DNA from: a virus
Lineage: Duplodnaviria > Caudoviricetes
Length of the DNA stretch: 32,137 nt
Direction: 5' to 3' (one strand)
Virus record (IMG/VR): IMGVR_UViG_3300037424_000884
Location: 1-32,137 of that record
Below the pieces are notes generated by a model. That model did not search any database. It had not been told where the DNA came from and was given only the letters and a program-made list of their open reading frames with translations. Each line of letters opens with the position of its first letter. Within the stretch, counting starts at the first letter, position 1. The translations under genes were made by a program, and so were the position numbers. Shown piece by piece: positions 31,364 through 32,137 of this stretch.

Positions 31364-32137
31364 CCACCCTCTGGTTGGATACCGAAACATACTCCGAGGC
31401 TGACCTGAAGAAGGTCGGCGTCTACGTTTACGCCGCGCACCCCAGCACCGAGGTGACGCTCTTCTCCTACGCCATCGACGACGCAGCACCCAGGTGCTGG
31501 GACGTCACCGCTGGTGGCCCCATGCCCGCGGAGCTGGCCGCCGCGCTTGCCGACGACGACGTCATCGTCATCGCACGCAACGCCGGTTTCGACCGCGTGA
31601 TCTTGCGCGACGTCATGGGGCTCGACATTCCGATCCGCCGCTGGCGCTGCGCCATGGTCAAGGCCTTGTGCCACGCGCTGCCGGGCGCCATGGCCGACTC
31701 CAACGCCGCGCTCGGCATGGGCGTCGACTACAGCAAGCTGTCCGACGGCACCAAGCTCGTGCACAAGTTCTGCAAACCGGCGCCGAAGAACCACAAGGTG
31801 CGCCGCTACACCCGCCAGACCAGCACGGTCGAGTGGCTGCGCTTCATCGAATACTGCGACCAGGACGTCGCCGCGATGCGCCACGAGTGGCACCTGATCC
31901 CGAACCTGAACTACACCGCAGACGAGGTCGCCCTGTGGCACCTCGACCAGGAGATCAACGACCGCGGCTTCCAGGCCGACGTCGAGCTGGCCCACGCCGG
32001 TGCCAGCGCGGCCGGCGTCGAGAAGAAGCTGCTCGCCGAGCGTCTGCGTTTTCTGACGAACGAAATCGTCGAAGGCCCGACCAAGCGCGAACAGCTGCTG
32101 ACCTATCTCAACGCCGTCTACAAGCTCGGCCTCGTCG
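31360..32137 (+). CDS. Family A DNA polymerase (APSE/SPO2-like), N-terminal 3'-5' exonuclease; truncated by the window and not in the ORF track
   Basis: Manual translation MTTLWLDTETYSEADLKKVGVYVYA (ExoI), ARNAGFDR (ExoII), EYCDQDV (ExoIII), DQEINDRG. Confidence 0.9.
   Translation, partial: MTTLWLDTETYSEADLKKVGVYVYAAHPSTEVTLFSYAIDDAAPRCWDVTAGGPMPAELAAALADDDVIVIARNAGFDRVILRDVMGLDIPIRRWRCAMVKALCHALPGAMADSNAALGMGVDYSKLSDGTKLVHKFCKPAPKNHKVRRYTRQTSTVEWLRFIEYCDQDVAAMRHEWHLIPNLNYTADEVALWHLDQEINDRGFQADVELAHAGASAAGVEKKLLAERLRFLTNEIVEGPTKREQLLTYLNAVYKLGLV

Overview
High-GC double-stranded DNA phage or prophage segment with a podovirus-like layout (P22/933W-type packaging genes, APSE-type replication genes). 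The left arm (minus strand, 1-13.6 kb) runs terS, terL, two paralogous HNH endonucleases, portal, a lysis block (M15 endolysin, holin, Rz with embedded Rz1), a metallophosphoesterase, DUF1353, a lower-GC SGNH hydrolase and a truncated scaffold-like gene. The middle (plus strand, 14-18.8 kb) is an array of small accessory genes separated by conserved hairpins and includes a GIY-YIG endonuclease. After that come a primase-helicase and a cro/cI switch, then a plus-strand operon with RtcB, DUF2800 nuclease, DUF2815 SSB and the start of a family A DNA polymerase. Three things stand out: (1) an ACAAG-N6-CTTGT operator-like palindrome recurring at many intergenic promoters, (2) homing endonucleases that end in the same residues as the upstream gene but with recoded codons, and (3) covarying TGATCAA...TGGAYC hairpins that begin at stop codons in the accessory array. 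All family assignments come from motifs recognised by eye; no searches were run. No integrase, tRNA or CRISPR array was seen.
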